44,902 bases of DNA from an uncultured Candidatus Saccharibacteria bacterium (GCA_964651655.1 CAZYVS010000005.1:1-44902), one strand, 5' to 3'. Positions 27,560 to 36,221 are shown, counted from the first letter of the stretch. Numbers and translations: made by a program. The notes: generated by a model from the sequence alone, not told the origin.

Positions 27560-27817
27560 TCATAACATTTGAGACTTTTCTTTGGGGAGAGTTTTTATCA
27601 CCCATCTATTACGACTCTTATGTGCTTGCACAAACTGTCCACTTTTACTATTACGCATAAGTGATATATTAGCGTCGGATAATTTTTTATCATTAGTAAC
27701 AGTTATCACAATATGGGCACCTTTAGGGATGCGACGATACGCGTTTGGATTGTTAGATATATAACGATCTAATTCGTGGGAAAGTTTTATATTCTTTTGT
27801 ATCAAATCTTTTGGCAT
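27560..27817 (-). CDS. DUF5647-like protein, putative antitoxin
   Basis: KNIKLSHELDRYISNNP...RIPKGAHIV pattern; 3 nt downstream of its partner. Confidence 0.65.
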   Translation of the reverse strand: MPKDLIQKNIKLSHELDRYISNNPNAYRRIPKGAHIVITVTNDKKLSDANISLMRNSKSGQFVQAHKSRNRWVIKTLPKEKSQML

Positions 27818-27820
27818 ATT

Positions 27821-28132
27821 TTAATTTCTCAAAAAATTATTTTTTATTTTAAAGAAGTTTTTCTTTACAAAACTTATGGATTCAGTAAGCACATTATTCA
27901 CACTTTCTCCCCTACCGGTCAAATTCACTATATACTCTTTATCTTTCAGATGGAAGGTATGTTTATGCGCATACCCATGACATGTATCGATTCTCATTAT
28001 AGACCGCCAGCGATTATTAATCAACGCCGAATACTGGACTATGAAATGTTCAATTCTACCTCTTCTTTTTCTAAAAGCTATCCGTAATTTATCTTTATCA
28101 GTCAACAAATACGAATAGTCCACAGATTTCAT
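27821..28132 (-). CDS. DUF7718/TumE-like protein, putative toxin
   Basis: FIVQY...WRSIMRIDTCHGYAHKH motif (R-x-D-x-x-H-G-x-x-H). Confidence 0.65.
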   Translation of the reverse strand: MKSVDYSYLLTDKDKLRIAFRKRRGRIEHFIVQYSALINNRWRSIMRIDTCHGYAHKHTFHLKDKEYIVNLTGRGESVNNVLTESISFVKKNFFKIKNNFLRN

Positions 28133-28137
28133 AGTTT

Positions 28138-28311
28138 TTAATGCTTTGTCGGATCTACCAGTCTATAGGTTATTCCCGGTTTCTTTGCTGGAGGTAACGG
28201 TTTACCCTTTACAGAAGTGACTTCCTCTCCAGTCTTACCCCCTCTTGGTCCGATAAGTTCATATTGTCCTGACCTTTTTGTAATTTCCCCTGGTTTGAAT
28301 ACAGTTTTCAT
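28138..28311 (-). CDS. YjzC-family small protein, 57 aa (not in ORF track)
   Basis: MKTVFKPGEITKRSGQYELIGPRGGKTGEEVTSVKGKPLPPAKKPGITYRLVDPTKH; spaced 4-5 nt from both neighbours. Confidence 0.85.
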   Translation of the reverse strand: MKTVFKPGEITKRSGQYELIGPRGGKTGEEVTSVKGKPLPPAKKPGITYRLVDPTKH

Positions 28312-28315
28312 ATGG

Positions 28316-28984
28316 CTAAAAGTTATTTTCTAATGGGAAAACACCGTCAATCACCACATTTGGATTTGGAATAACTCCAATGACCTTTCCGGCGATCTTA
28401 AAATCTTCACGCAAAACGATCGGTTTATATTTAGGATCTGCAGATTCTGGACGTAGAATTGTAAACCCCTCTTTACGATCTAATTTTTTAACTGTAACCA
28501 TGTCACCGACTATTACTGCTACACGTTCGCCAATTTGAGCATCTTGAGTTAATTGAATGAGAATATAATCACCGTCGGTTATATTTGCATCATTCATACT
28601 ATTTCCGACTGCACGCACAGCAACAATATCGCCCCTACCTTCAACTAAAGAAAGATCTACTTCAATAGCTTCATCATAGTGTCTATCCGCAACTACATTT
28701 AAGTTATCACAGCCGACTGACGCTAAAACTGGAACAGTTACAGTTTTTACAGAAACACCAAAAGTATCAGTATTTCTTAATTCAATATTACGTTTCGCAT
28801 TCTTTCTACGGATAATATACTCTTTGATTTCTAGGGCGTTAAGTAACCCATAAATGGTGTTAGGCCATTTCGCCCCCATTCTATTACATAGTTCACGGAT
28901 AGTTGGAGATCGCTCATATTCCTCATTAAATTTTTTAATGGTGGTATATAATTTTGCCTGTTTTGGTGTAAGTGGTCGTTGCAT
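28316..28984 (-). CDS. lexA: LexA-like repressor (winged helix plus S24 peptidase)
   Basis: LTPKQ...SPTIREL N-domain, catalytic GNSM and VTVKK; cleavage-site position reads VGCD. Confidence 0.88.
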   Translation of the reverse strand: MQRPLTPKQAKLYTTIKKFNEEYERSPTIRELCNRMGAKWPNTIYGLLNALEIKEYIIRRKNAKRNIELRNTDTFGVSVKTVTVPVLASVGCDNLNVVADRHYDEAIEVDLSLVEGRGDIVAVRAVGNSMNDANITDGDYILIQLTQDAQIGERVAVIVGDMVTVKKLDRKEGFTILRPESADPKYKPIVLREDFKIAGKVIGVIPNPNVVIDGVFPLENNF

Positions 28985-28991
28985 GCCTACC

Positions 28992-29021
28992 AGTATAGCA
29001 AATCATACCATTATTAGTCAA
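28992..29021 (-). promoter_or_regulatory. lexA promoter (leaderless) with flanking inverted repeat
   Basis: Minus strand TTGACT-18 nt-TATACT, 7 nt to ATG; cagtat (28991) and atactg (29021) bracket it. Confidence 0.65.
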
Positions 29022-29118
29022 TACTGCACTGTACTACTTGTAAATTATTAAGGGACATGCTAAGATACGGCTAATTCGGCCTCCAGAGCCGAGGGTTATT
29101 AGTTAATTAAAAATCAAG

Positions 29119-29400
29119 ATGTTTAAGAAAACATTTGGTGAAGAGACAATTCAGGCTGTGTGGGAAAAGGGACAAGAGGTTTCAAGTTGGGATTCCACAA
29201 AATTTCGCAAAGACAAGTGTGGAGCACCCATAACCCATTCCCAATATGGCAACATTGATAGTGATGAAGGGTGGGAGATTGATCATATCAATCCGGATGG
29301 TTCAGACCATATCAGCAACCTTCGTCCACTTCAGTGGGCAAACAATCGCGCAAAATCTGATAATCGTGATGGTGGCTGGACTTGTGCAATAAGAGGTTAA
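29119..29400 (+). CDS. Stand-alone HNH endonuclease
   Basis: GWEIDHINP...SNLRPLQWANNRAKSD. Confidence 0.88.
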   Translation: MFKKTFGEETIQAVWEKGQEVSSWDSTKFRKDKCGAPITHSQYGNIDSDEGWEIDHINPDGSDHISNLRPLQWANNRAKSDNRDGGWTCAIRG

Positions 29401-29498
29401 ATTGAGTAAAAGTACTGGCCTATAGATGGCTCGCGGAGAAGGAGAAAAGATTGAGTTACTGCTACTTCCCAACGGCGCTAGAAAGGTACACCTCGCTT

Positions 29499-29530
29499 AT
29501 AAAAATACTCTCTGGGGTATTTTTATTTTG
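29499..29530. terminator. Bidirectional terminator between HNH and the MmeI-like gene
   Basis: ataaaaatactc/gggtatttttat stem with A and T tracts. Confidence 0.7.
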
Positions 29531-32213
29531 CAAGTCTTTTATACAAATCAAACAAGAAAGAGATTCTTTCTTGGTCATTTTTGAATTTTTTGCCATAACA
29601 AGTTTCTACCGCTCTATCAAGTTTTTCATGAGCTTCTCTAAGGTCAGACGGCATAGTATTGGGGTCATATAGGTCAGCTAGCGAACTATTAGGATAGATG
29701 GTGCGAAAAAAGATTACATCTTCCGCGCACTTTTCTACTGCCTTTTTCTTCTCCCCCGACACATTTTGTGGCCAAGGAAAATTATTGTAAACAATATTAT
29801 TTGAATAACGGTAATCACTCTTTAGACGACCACAAACATATTTCACCCATACCATATGCATTTCAGATTGCAGAACACCGAAGTGGTAAAAAGTGGCGTT
29901 TGGAACAGCGAGACATGTATCTCCAATAATTTTTTCCTTATCAAAAAAACTCATGGGAATATAATCTCTGTTCTCTGAACTTACTCTAGGAATCACAATA
30001 TAATCACTTTCCGGTTGTTTTATAAATCCAAAAAGGGTCGGGTAATTAGCAAGATCTCTGGTTGCTTCTCTTGTACTTTTATTTCTATCCTTCTTTACGT
30101 TTTCCACACGCTCTAAAACTTTTGGTAATTTTTTTAAAGCTGTCGGATTGGCATCTTTAAGCCAAAGACAATACCGCTTCTCACCATTTAGATATTCTTT
30201 CGCGCTTATCAATTCCCTTATAAAGGGTTCTGCCGCAGGTTCGCTTTCAAGAAATATGTCTTTTTCTTCAAGTGTAAAAAGAAAATTCCCGCCATCATTC
30301 GGCTGATTTCCATAAGTTATTTCTGGAACAGATGAAATTGGTCTTGTTCGGCCTTCAATCAAAACATCTTCCCCTTCTACAAGATACGGATTTATGTGTT
30401 TTACTTCCCTCTCTTTGTCTTCGCCTTTTATATCCACATATTCATATAGATACTTTCTTTCCACATCAAATGCGCCGAAACCAATTATCACACAATAGAC
30501 CGCTGCCACACCCGGAGCATCGTTAGACCATTTGAATGTTTGATGGGCAAAATGAATAACAATATTGAAATCTTTGAGATACTTCCAGAGTAAGCCCACT
30601 TGCTCGCCCTGTGAAATTGAATTGGTCGAAACAAAACCAACTTTTATTTTGGTGTCTTGAATATATTTTGCCGCTTTGGCATACCACGCGGTAACAAAGT
30701 CAAGATTGCCTGCACCCTTCATGTCGTCAAAAGCTTTTATGATTCCTTCTTTTTGTTCATCCGACATCAACCGAGCACCTAGAAATGGCGGGTTACCTAG
30801 AATATAAGAAAGTTCTGTTTTAGAGACAAGATCGTTCCAATCAAAAGATAGAGCATCGGCATTTTTGATGGTTGCAGAGCTTTTAATTGGTAGTTCTGGT
30901 ATGTATTTACCAAGCATTTTGTCTAGCTCAAGATTCATCTGATGGTCTATTAAATGCATTGCCACTTCTGCAATACGCGCTGGAAATTCTTCAATCTCAA
31001 TTCCATAAAATTGACCTATATTTAGGCGTCGTGGATCTTCTGGTAACTTCTCGTTGTTTTTGGATTTAATTTTTAAAATTTCCATTTCAAGCGTTCGCAA
31101 CTCTCGATAAGCAATTACAAGAAAATTTCCGCACCCACAAGCAGGATCCATAAATTTAAGTTTTCCGAGTTTTGTATGAAATGCATCAAGCCGTTTTGGA
31201 TTGTGTCGAACCACATCAAGCTCAATGTATAGATCATCAAGAAAAAGGGACCTTATAAGTTTGAGGATATTTTGCTCCGACGTGTAGTGGGCTCCAAGAT
31301 GCCTACGAGCGTCTTCATTCATTACCCCCTGGAACAATGAGCCAAAAATGGCGGCTGAAATAGCGGACCAATCAAAATTACAGCATTTTATAAGTCTAAG
31401 TTTTGTGCTTACATCACAAGACAAAATACCAATATTTCTTGAGAAAATACCACCGTTGACATACGGCATTTTTGCCAAGTCTTCGTCCAAATTAAACTGC
31501 CGACCCTTTTCATCTGTATTCAGAATTTGAAATATTTCAGCAAGCTTTGGGCCAAGGTCACTCCCATCTGCACTAATTCTATTGTTGATGTAATTTTTAA
31601 AGACATCTTTTGGAAAAATTCCGGTATCATCGGCGAAAAGACAGAAAAGTACTCTGATTAGAAAAACCTCTAAGTCAGGGCCAGAATAGCCTGTCTTAGC
31701 TATTTCATTGTGAAATTCTGCCATTAGTTCGGCAGCTTGAATGTTTGCGGCTACTTCTACTTCATAATCAATCTGATTTTCATGACCAGAAATAAATCCG
31801 AACAAATCGATATGTTGAGAAAGTTCTCTCGTTGGAAAATCATACTGTTTGTCTTCATCTAAGTCATATACTCGAAACTTTTCAAAATCTGAAACAATTA
31901 TATATCTTGGAAGTTCTTCTTCTTTGAGTCCGGGGAAATAATCTATTGCCTGTTTATAAGCCGTATCCAAACTCTTTCCTCTTGATTTATGTTCAACAAG
32001 CAAAACGCCCTTCCAAAGAAGGTCAGCATATCCTTGGGAATTATCTAATTTTTTAATTGGGTGTTCAAAGGAGGCAATACGCCGCCTAGTAACACCAAAC
32101 ACTTCAAAAAAATTATCCCAAAATGTTTTGGCCTCCGCATCTTCTCTTGTTTCTAAAGCCCATTCTAAAGAAAAAGCTAGGGCTCTATTTCTTATTTCAT
32201 TCGGACTAATCAT
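29523..32213 (-). CDS. MmeI-family type IIL restriction-modification enzyme (fused endonuclease, m6A methyltransferase, TRD)
   Basis: N-terminal YADLLWKGVLLVEHKS nuclease motif, DPACGCGNFL motif I, GNPPF motif IV, C-terminal LADLYDPNTMP. Confidence 0.93.
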   Translation of the reverse strand: MISPNEIRNRALAFSLEWALETREDAEAKTFWDNFFEVFGVTRRRIASFEHPIKKLDNSQGYADLLWKGVLLVEHKSRGKSLDTAYKQAIDYFPGLKEEELPRYIIVSDFEKFRVYDLDEDKQYDFPTRELSQHIDLFGFISGHENQIDYEVEVAANIQAAELMAEFHNEIAKTGYSGPDLEVFLIRVLFCLFADDTGIFPKDVFKNYINNRISADGSDLGPKLAEIFQILNTDEKGRQFNLDEDLAKMPYVNGGIFSRNIGILSCDVSTKLRLIKCCNFDWSAISAAIFGSLFQGVMNEDARRHLGAHYTSEQNILKLIRSLFLDDLYIELDVVRHNPKRLDAFHTKLGKLKFMDPACGCGNFLVIAYRELRTLEMEILKIKSKNNEKLPEDPRRLNIGQFYGIEIEEFPARIAEVAMHLIDHQMNLELDKMLGKYIPELPIKSSATIKNADALSFDWNDLVSKTELSYILGNPPFLGARLMSDEQKEGIIKAFDDMKGAGNLDFVTAWYAKAAKYIQDTKIKVGFVSTNSISQGEQVGLLWKYLKDFNIVIHFAHQTFKWSNDAPGVAAVYCVIIGFGAFDVERKYLYEYVDIKGEDKEREVKHINPYLVEGEDVLIEGRTRPISSVPEITYGNQPNDGGNFLFTLEEKDIFLESEPAAEPFIRELISAKEYLNGEKRYCLWLKDANPTALKKLPKVLERVENVKKDRNKSTREATRDLANYPTLFGFIKQPESDYIVIPRVSSENRDYIPMSFFDKEKIIGDTCLAVPNATFYHFGVLQSEMHMVWVKYVCGRLKSDYRYSNNIVYNNFPWPQNVSGEKKKAVEKCAEDVIFFRTIYPNSSLADLYDPNTMPSDLREAHEKLDRAVETCYGKKFKNDQERISFLFDLYKRLAK

Positions 32214-32254
32214 TAGTCAATATTCTCATACTATTGCGTATAACCAAATAGTGT

Positions 32255-32911
32255 TTATTTTCTCCCCCTCTTCCACTCCTCTATTTTGGCGCGGTGGCCG
32301 GAGAGTAGAACTTTGGGTACCTTGAGTCTCTTGCCATCTACTAATATCACTTCCGGACGAGTGTAATGCGGATATTCTAGAAAGTCTGGCACTTTAAATG
32401 ATTCATCTTTTATAGAATCTTGTTTAGCTATAGCGCCCGGCAAAAGTCTGGTAATGGCCTCCATCACCACCATTGCCGGCACCTCGCCGCCAAAGAGCAC
32501 ATAGTTGCCTATTGATACTTCTTCATCTGCTACATATTTGATAACCCTTTCATCTATGCCTTCGTAGCGTCCGCAAATCATCACCAATTGTTCATACTTA
32601 GACCACTTTCGAGCCATTGTTTGTGTGAATTTCTTGCCCTTCGGGCCAAAAGCTATAACCCGTATTTTTTTATTCTTATTCTTTGACTTTATTTTCTTAA
32701 TCGATTTATAAATTGGGTCAAACAAGAGTACCATCCCTACTCCTCCACCATACGGCCTATCGTCAACAGTCCCCCTTTTGTCACTCGCGAAATCACGCAA
32801 ATTGTGCGCGTTTATAGAAATAATTTTCTTCTTCTGAGCACGAGCGATCAAAGCCTCACTTTTGAAGCTGTCGAAAAACTTTGGGAAAATTGTGACAATA
32901 TCAAAGCGCAT
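32255..32911 (-). CDS. trmD: tRNA (guanine-N1)-methyltransferase
   Basis: DDRPYGGGVGM, CGRYEGIDER, SIGNYVLFGGE, EYPHYTRP. Confidence 0.97.
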   Translation of the reverse strand: MRFDIVTIFPKFFDSFKSEALIARAQKKKIISINAHNLRDFASDKRGTVDDRPYGGGVGMVLLFDPIYKSIKKIKSKNKNKKIRVIAFGPKGKKFTQTMARKWSKYEQLVMICGRYEGIDERVIKYVADEEVSIGNYVLFGGEVPAMVVMEAITRLLPGAIAKQDSIKDESFKVPDFLEYPHYTRPEVILVDGKRLKVPKVLLSGHRAKIEEWKRGRK

Positions 32912-32931
32912 CCCGAAGATACCCTTTGGGG

Positions 32932-33282
32932 CTAATCCAAGTTCAAATCTTCCATCGCTTCGTCTAGAGTTTTTGAATTATTGGAAACGTTCGGCGACAT
33001 CGGTCCTCGCCTCTCCTGCCATGATTGGCCGTTCATTCCCGCCGGCTCGTTAATTTTGAGATTTATACGAGCATTATTTTTCATACCAACCACGCGCAGA
33101 AGGATCCTGATGGCTTTAGCGGTATTGCCACTACGGCCGATCACTTTCCCCATATCATCAGGGTGAACATCCAGAGTCATCAGCACACCCATCTCATCAA
33201 CGGTTCTCTTTATCTTGACCTCATTCGGGTAAGTCACCAAGGCCTTCACAACATATTCTAGAAATTGGACATCATCAATCAT
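32932..33282 (-). CDS. khpA: KH-domain RNA-binding protein
   Basis: DMGKVIGRSGNTAKAIR GxxG loop; located after rpsP. Confidence 0.92.
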   Translation of the reverse strand: MIDDVQFLEYVVKALVTYPNEVKIKRTVDEMGVLMTLDVHPDDMGKVIGRSGNTAKAIRILLRVVGMKNNARINLKINEPAGMNGQSWQERRGPMSPNVSNNSKTLDEAMEDLNLD

Positions 33283-33302
33283 GTTCTTTGATTAAGGAAT
33301 AA

Positions 33303-33656
33303 TCAGACGGATTCTTGTTTAGCCGCCGGTTTCATTGTAACACCTTCTTTAATCACAGGCGCTCTTTTAGATGTTGCCGAGACATCAATCTTTTTCGCCA
33401 TAATAACTCCGTGTTTTACTAAAAGATTGTGGACGGTATCGGTGGGATTTGCGCCTTGAGAAAGCCAGTATTTGATGCGTTCAGCTTCGAGAGAATCATT
33501 TGATTTGCGAGAGCCTGCCCCGCTATGGCGGGGATCATATGTCCCGAGAATTTCCTTGAAACGACCGCTCCTGGTGGCATTTTTTGAATCGGTTAAAACT
33601 AATCTGAAACTCGGTTCGTGTTTCCTACCGACTCTCTGCAATCTGATTTTAAGCAT
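33303..33656 (-). CDS. rpsP: 30S ribosomal protein S16
   Basis: MLKIRLQRVGRK, EILGTYDP, WLSQGANPTDTV. Confidence 0.97.
   Translation of the reverse strand: MLKIRLQRVGRKHEPSFRLVLTDSKNATRSGRFKEILGTYDPRHSGAGSRKSNDSLEAERIKYWLSQGANPTDTVHNLLVKHGVIMAKKIDVSATSKRAPVIKEGVTMKPAAKQESV
33514..33533. repeat. In-frame palindromic element (family C-like) in rpsP
   Basis: cctgccccgctatggcgggg with a perfect ccccgc/gcgggg stem, encodes PRHSGAG. Confidence 0.6.
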
Positions 33657-33687
33657 TGGAACAGATTAACAAGAAATTCCGCATCAG

Positions 33688-33936
33688 TCAATTTTTAGGA
33701 TGTTTAATAATTGTGATAATTTCATAGATATTATGGTAAATTTTGAAATAAAATCTCCAATCTCCCGTTATTCTTCCTTGCCAGATATCCTGAGTTTCGT
33801 CATATTTCTTTGCATGAAGTGACGGATGATTCAGATTTTTCAGTAAAAAATTAAACTGTTTATTAACAATTTTCTTCAAATTTTCAGGCAAATTACTGTA
33901 ATCTCTTAGAGCTTTCTTCGAGAAATTCAATTGCAT
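33688..33936 (-). CDS. RelE/ParE-superfamily toxin
   Basis: FSKKALRDY, HPSLHAKK, WQGRITGDWRFYF. Confidence 0.85.
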   Translation of the reverse strand: MQLNFSKKALRDYSNLPENLKKIVNKQFNFLLKNLNHPSLHAKKYDETQDIWQGRITGDWRFYFKIYHNIYEIITIIKHPKN

Positions 33937-33937
33937 A

Positions 33938-34156
33938 TCATTTTTTCTTTATTCGAAGAGAATTTGTGAATTCCTTTACACTTTCGAACGGTCCATATAC
34001 TCGTCCCGCCTTAATATCAGCCAATCCCTCTGCAATTGCTGAGTTAATAATTTTCTGCGTCCTCGCGGAAAGTTCTGCTCTTCCATCAGATACAGATTTA
34101 AGCGGAATCTTTACCACAAGATAATCTTTAGTTTTTTCAATGGTTACTTCTGACAT
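33938..34156 (-). CDS. Cognate antitoxin
   Basis: 72 aa, AIAEGLADIKAGRVYGPF motif, 1 nt upstream of the toxin; own promoter TTGGAC-18-TATAAT at 34164-34193. Confidence 0.8.
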   Translation of the reverse strand: MSEVTIEKTKDYLVVKIPLKSVSDGRAELSARTQKIINSAIAEGLADIKAGRVYGPFESVKEFTNSLRIKKK

Positions 34157-34204
34157 ATGTTTGATTATAAATAAAATTCACCCCGAAGTCCAACATTGGA
34201 AAAT

Positions 34205-34223
34205 AAAGGTGCCAGACACCTTT
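34205..34223. terminator. Probable terminator after prfB
   Basis: aaaggtg/caccttt hairpin with flanking A/T tracts. Confidence 0.55.
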
Positions 34224-34236
34224 TTTCGTCCTATGT

Positions 34237-35115
34237 TTAAAGAGCTCGTTCTGCCTCTATAAATTCATCGAGATTACCATTGAGCACCTTCTCGACATCT
34301 CTGACTTCGACTTCGGTCCTGTGATCTTTAATCATTTTATACGGGTGTAGTACGTAGGAACGGATTTGATTGCCCCATTCTATTTGAGTCGTCTTGGAAA
34401 TATACATTCCTTTTTCTTTCGCCTGACGTTCCGCTTCAAGCAATTTATAGAGCTTGGCTTCAAGCATTCTCTGTGCCCTTTCCCTGTTTTGCGCTTGAGA
34501 ACGTTCGGATTCAACATGCACGGCCAGATTGGTCGGGAGATGCACCAAGCGCACCGCCGTCTCGCGTTTGTTGACATTTTGTCCGCCCGGACCGGACGAT
34601 TTTGAGTACTCTATTCTCATGTCTTCCGGCGGAATTTTTATCTCCTCCTGTTTTTCAAATTTCGGAATCACTTCCACCATGGAAAACGACGTGTGCCGGA
34701 GCGCCTTGGCATTGAAAGGGGAGAGGCGCACCAGACGATGCACACCGGATTCGTTCTTAAGCGTGCCGTAAATATTCTGACCGCTTATTTCTAAGGTAAT
34801 ATTCCTATATCCACCGTGGTCATTTTCGTTTTTATGAATTATTGAAAATTTCCACTTTTTCTTGTTAAAAAATTTCTGATACATCTCCAGAAGCATGCGG
34901 GAAAAGTCTTCGGCGTCATCTCCGCCCGCACCGGAAAAGATGGTCATCACGGCCCCGCCCTTGTCATATTTCCCCACTCCCGCAAGTTCACTTTTCAATG
35001 TCTCATATTCGCGGATAGTCGCTTGAGCCTTGTCTTTATCCACCCAAAACTCCGCCGAGCTCATCGCCCGTTCTATCTCTGTGATTTTTTTCTGAATTTT
35101 TTCCGAACTGGACAT
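34237..35115 (-). CDS. prfB: Peptide chain release factor 2, shortened N-terminal domain
   Basis: SPF anticodon-mimic (RLSPFN), GGQ (SGPGGQNVN), WGNQIRSYVLHPY. Confidence 0.93.
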   Translation of the reverse strand: MSSSEKIQKKITEIERAMSSAEFWVDKDKAQATIREYETLKSELAGVGKYDKGGAVMTIFSGAGGDDAEDFSRMLLEMYQKFFNKKKWKFSIIHKNENDHGGYRNITLEISGQNIYGTLKNESGVHRLVRLSPFNAKALRHTSFSMVEVIPKFEKQEEIKIPPEDMRIEYSKSSGPGGQNVNKRETAVRLVHLPTNLAVHVESERSQAQNRERAQRMLEAKLYKLLEAERQAKEKGMYISKTTQIEWGNQIRSYVLHPYKMIKDHRTEVEVRDVEKVLNGNLDEFIEAERAL

Positions 35116-35117
35116 AG

Positions 35118-35190
35118 AGCCACCTCCCAGAATCGAACTGGGGACCCCGTCTTTACGAAAGACGCGCTCTGCCGACTGAGCTAAGGTGGC
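35118..35190 (-). tRNA. tRNA-Thr(CGT), CCA not encoded
   Basis: Acceptor gccacct/aggtggc, anticodon arm cgtct-ttCGTaa-agacg, T-loop TTCGATT. Confidence 0.95.
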
Positions 35191-35240
35191 CTAGCCGCTA
35201 ACTTTAGCAAAAAGAGTGAGTAATTAAAAGATTGTATAAA

Positions 35241-35564
35241 TTATATGAAGCCAAGGCGTCGTCTAAATCCGGGAAAATAAGAGACGATATCGCGCACAAA
35301 AAGGAGGCCAATTACTCCGACAGACAGAAGTACGAATTGAACAAAAAGTTCAGCTTCTGAAAATGCGTTGATAAAATATGCGTACGAATGTTCGGACGCC
35401 AACATGTTGGCCAAGGCGCTCGAAAGAGAGACGAAATAAAAAAGAACTGCGGCCAAAATAGTCAATATAAAAGATTCGGCAATCAACGGGTTCTTTAATT
35501 GACGCATGCAATATATGGCATACACGTTAAACAATATTCTGTTTTTCATATTTATAATCGTCAT
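35241..35564 (-). CDS. Small two-TM protein, candidate anti-sigma factor
   Basis: Two hydrophobic segments; 4-nt overlap with the ECF sigma stop codon. Confidence 0.6.
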   Translation of the reverse strand: MTIINMKNRILFNVYAIYCMRQLKNPLIAESFILTILAAVLFYFVSLSSALANMLASEHSYAYFINAFSEAELFVQFVLLSVGVIGLLFVRDIVSYFPGFRRRLGFI

Positions 35565-36121
35565 ATCATTTTCAAAGCATAATCCTTAAACTGTCGTCTG
35601 GCTCGGTAAAGACCGGACCGAACGGCCGATAAAGAAATATGTTCCAGAGAAGCAATCTCTTTATAACTTTTGTCCTCGAAGAAATAGAGAGAAAGAAGAC
35701 GAGAGAGACGTTTCGGTAGCCGAGTCAACACGGACCGCACAAATGAGACTCGTTCCGTATCGGGAACAAATTCTACACTCCGAGAAATATCCAAGTCAGT
35801 GAAATCCATCAGTTTGATACGACTGGAATTTATGGTTTTTTGAGCAGTGTAATCATAGCAAGTGTTGATCAGAATCTTGTAAGCCCATGACTGGAAACTG
35901 GCGCCTTTCTTTTCTGTAAATTTGTCAGCATATTTGTATATCTTAATAAAGGTATCTTGCACGGCGTCTTCAGCGTCATCTCGAGAACGAAGAACGTGAA
36001 GCCCTTTGCGTAAAAAGACCTCTTGATAACGGTCAACCAACATTCCAAACATCCAAGGATAATCTCGTGAATCTTTTAGGATTTTGACGTCTGAAAGTTG
36101 GGGCGCGATTTTCATAAGCAA
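35561..36121 (-). CDS. ECF-type sigma-70 factor
   Basis: DAEDAVQDTFIK, SFQSWAYKILIN, SYKEIA...VRSGLYRARRQF; start may be ATG 36115. Confidence 0.92.
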   Translation of the reverse strand: MLMKIAPQLSDVKILKDSRDYPWMFGMLVDRYQEVFLRKGLHVLRSRDDAEDAVQDTFIKIYKYADKFTEKKGASFQSWAYKILINTCYDYTAQKTINSSRIKLMDFTDLDISRSVEFVPDTERVSFVRSVLTRLPKRLSRLLSLYFFEDKSYKEIASLEHISLSAVRSGLYRARRQFKDYALKMI

Positions 36122-36221
36122 GGGAACGGAGCCCGTTTTTACGGCGCTCTTGTGTTTATTATAATATTGTTCCCTTCAACCATTATAACTCTTTTAAATC
36201 ACAAAAAGTTGCGGGCAGACT

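Noticed and set aside
27450-32250. Prophage or integrative element call for the defence island
   Set aside because: No integrase, structural genes or flanking att-like direct repeats found.
35116-35240. Upstream prfB segment joined by a +1 frameshift
   Set aside because: The upstream sequence is a tRNA gene and there is no CTT-TGA slippery site.
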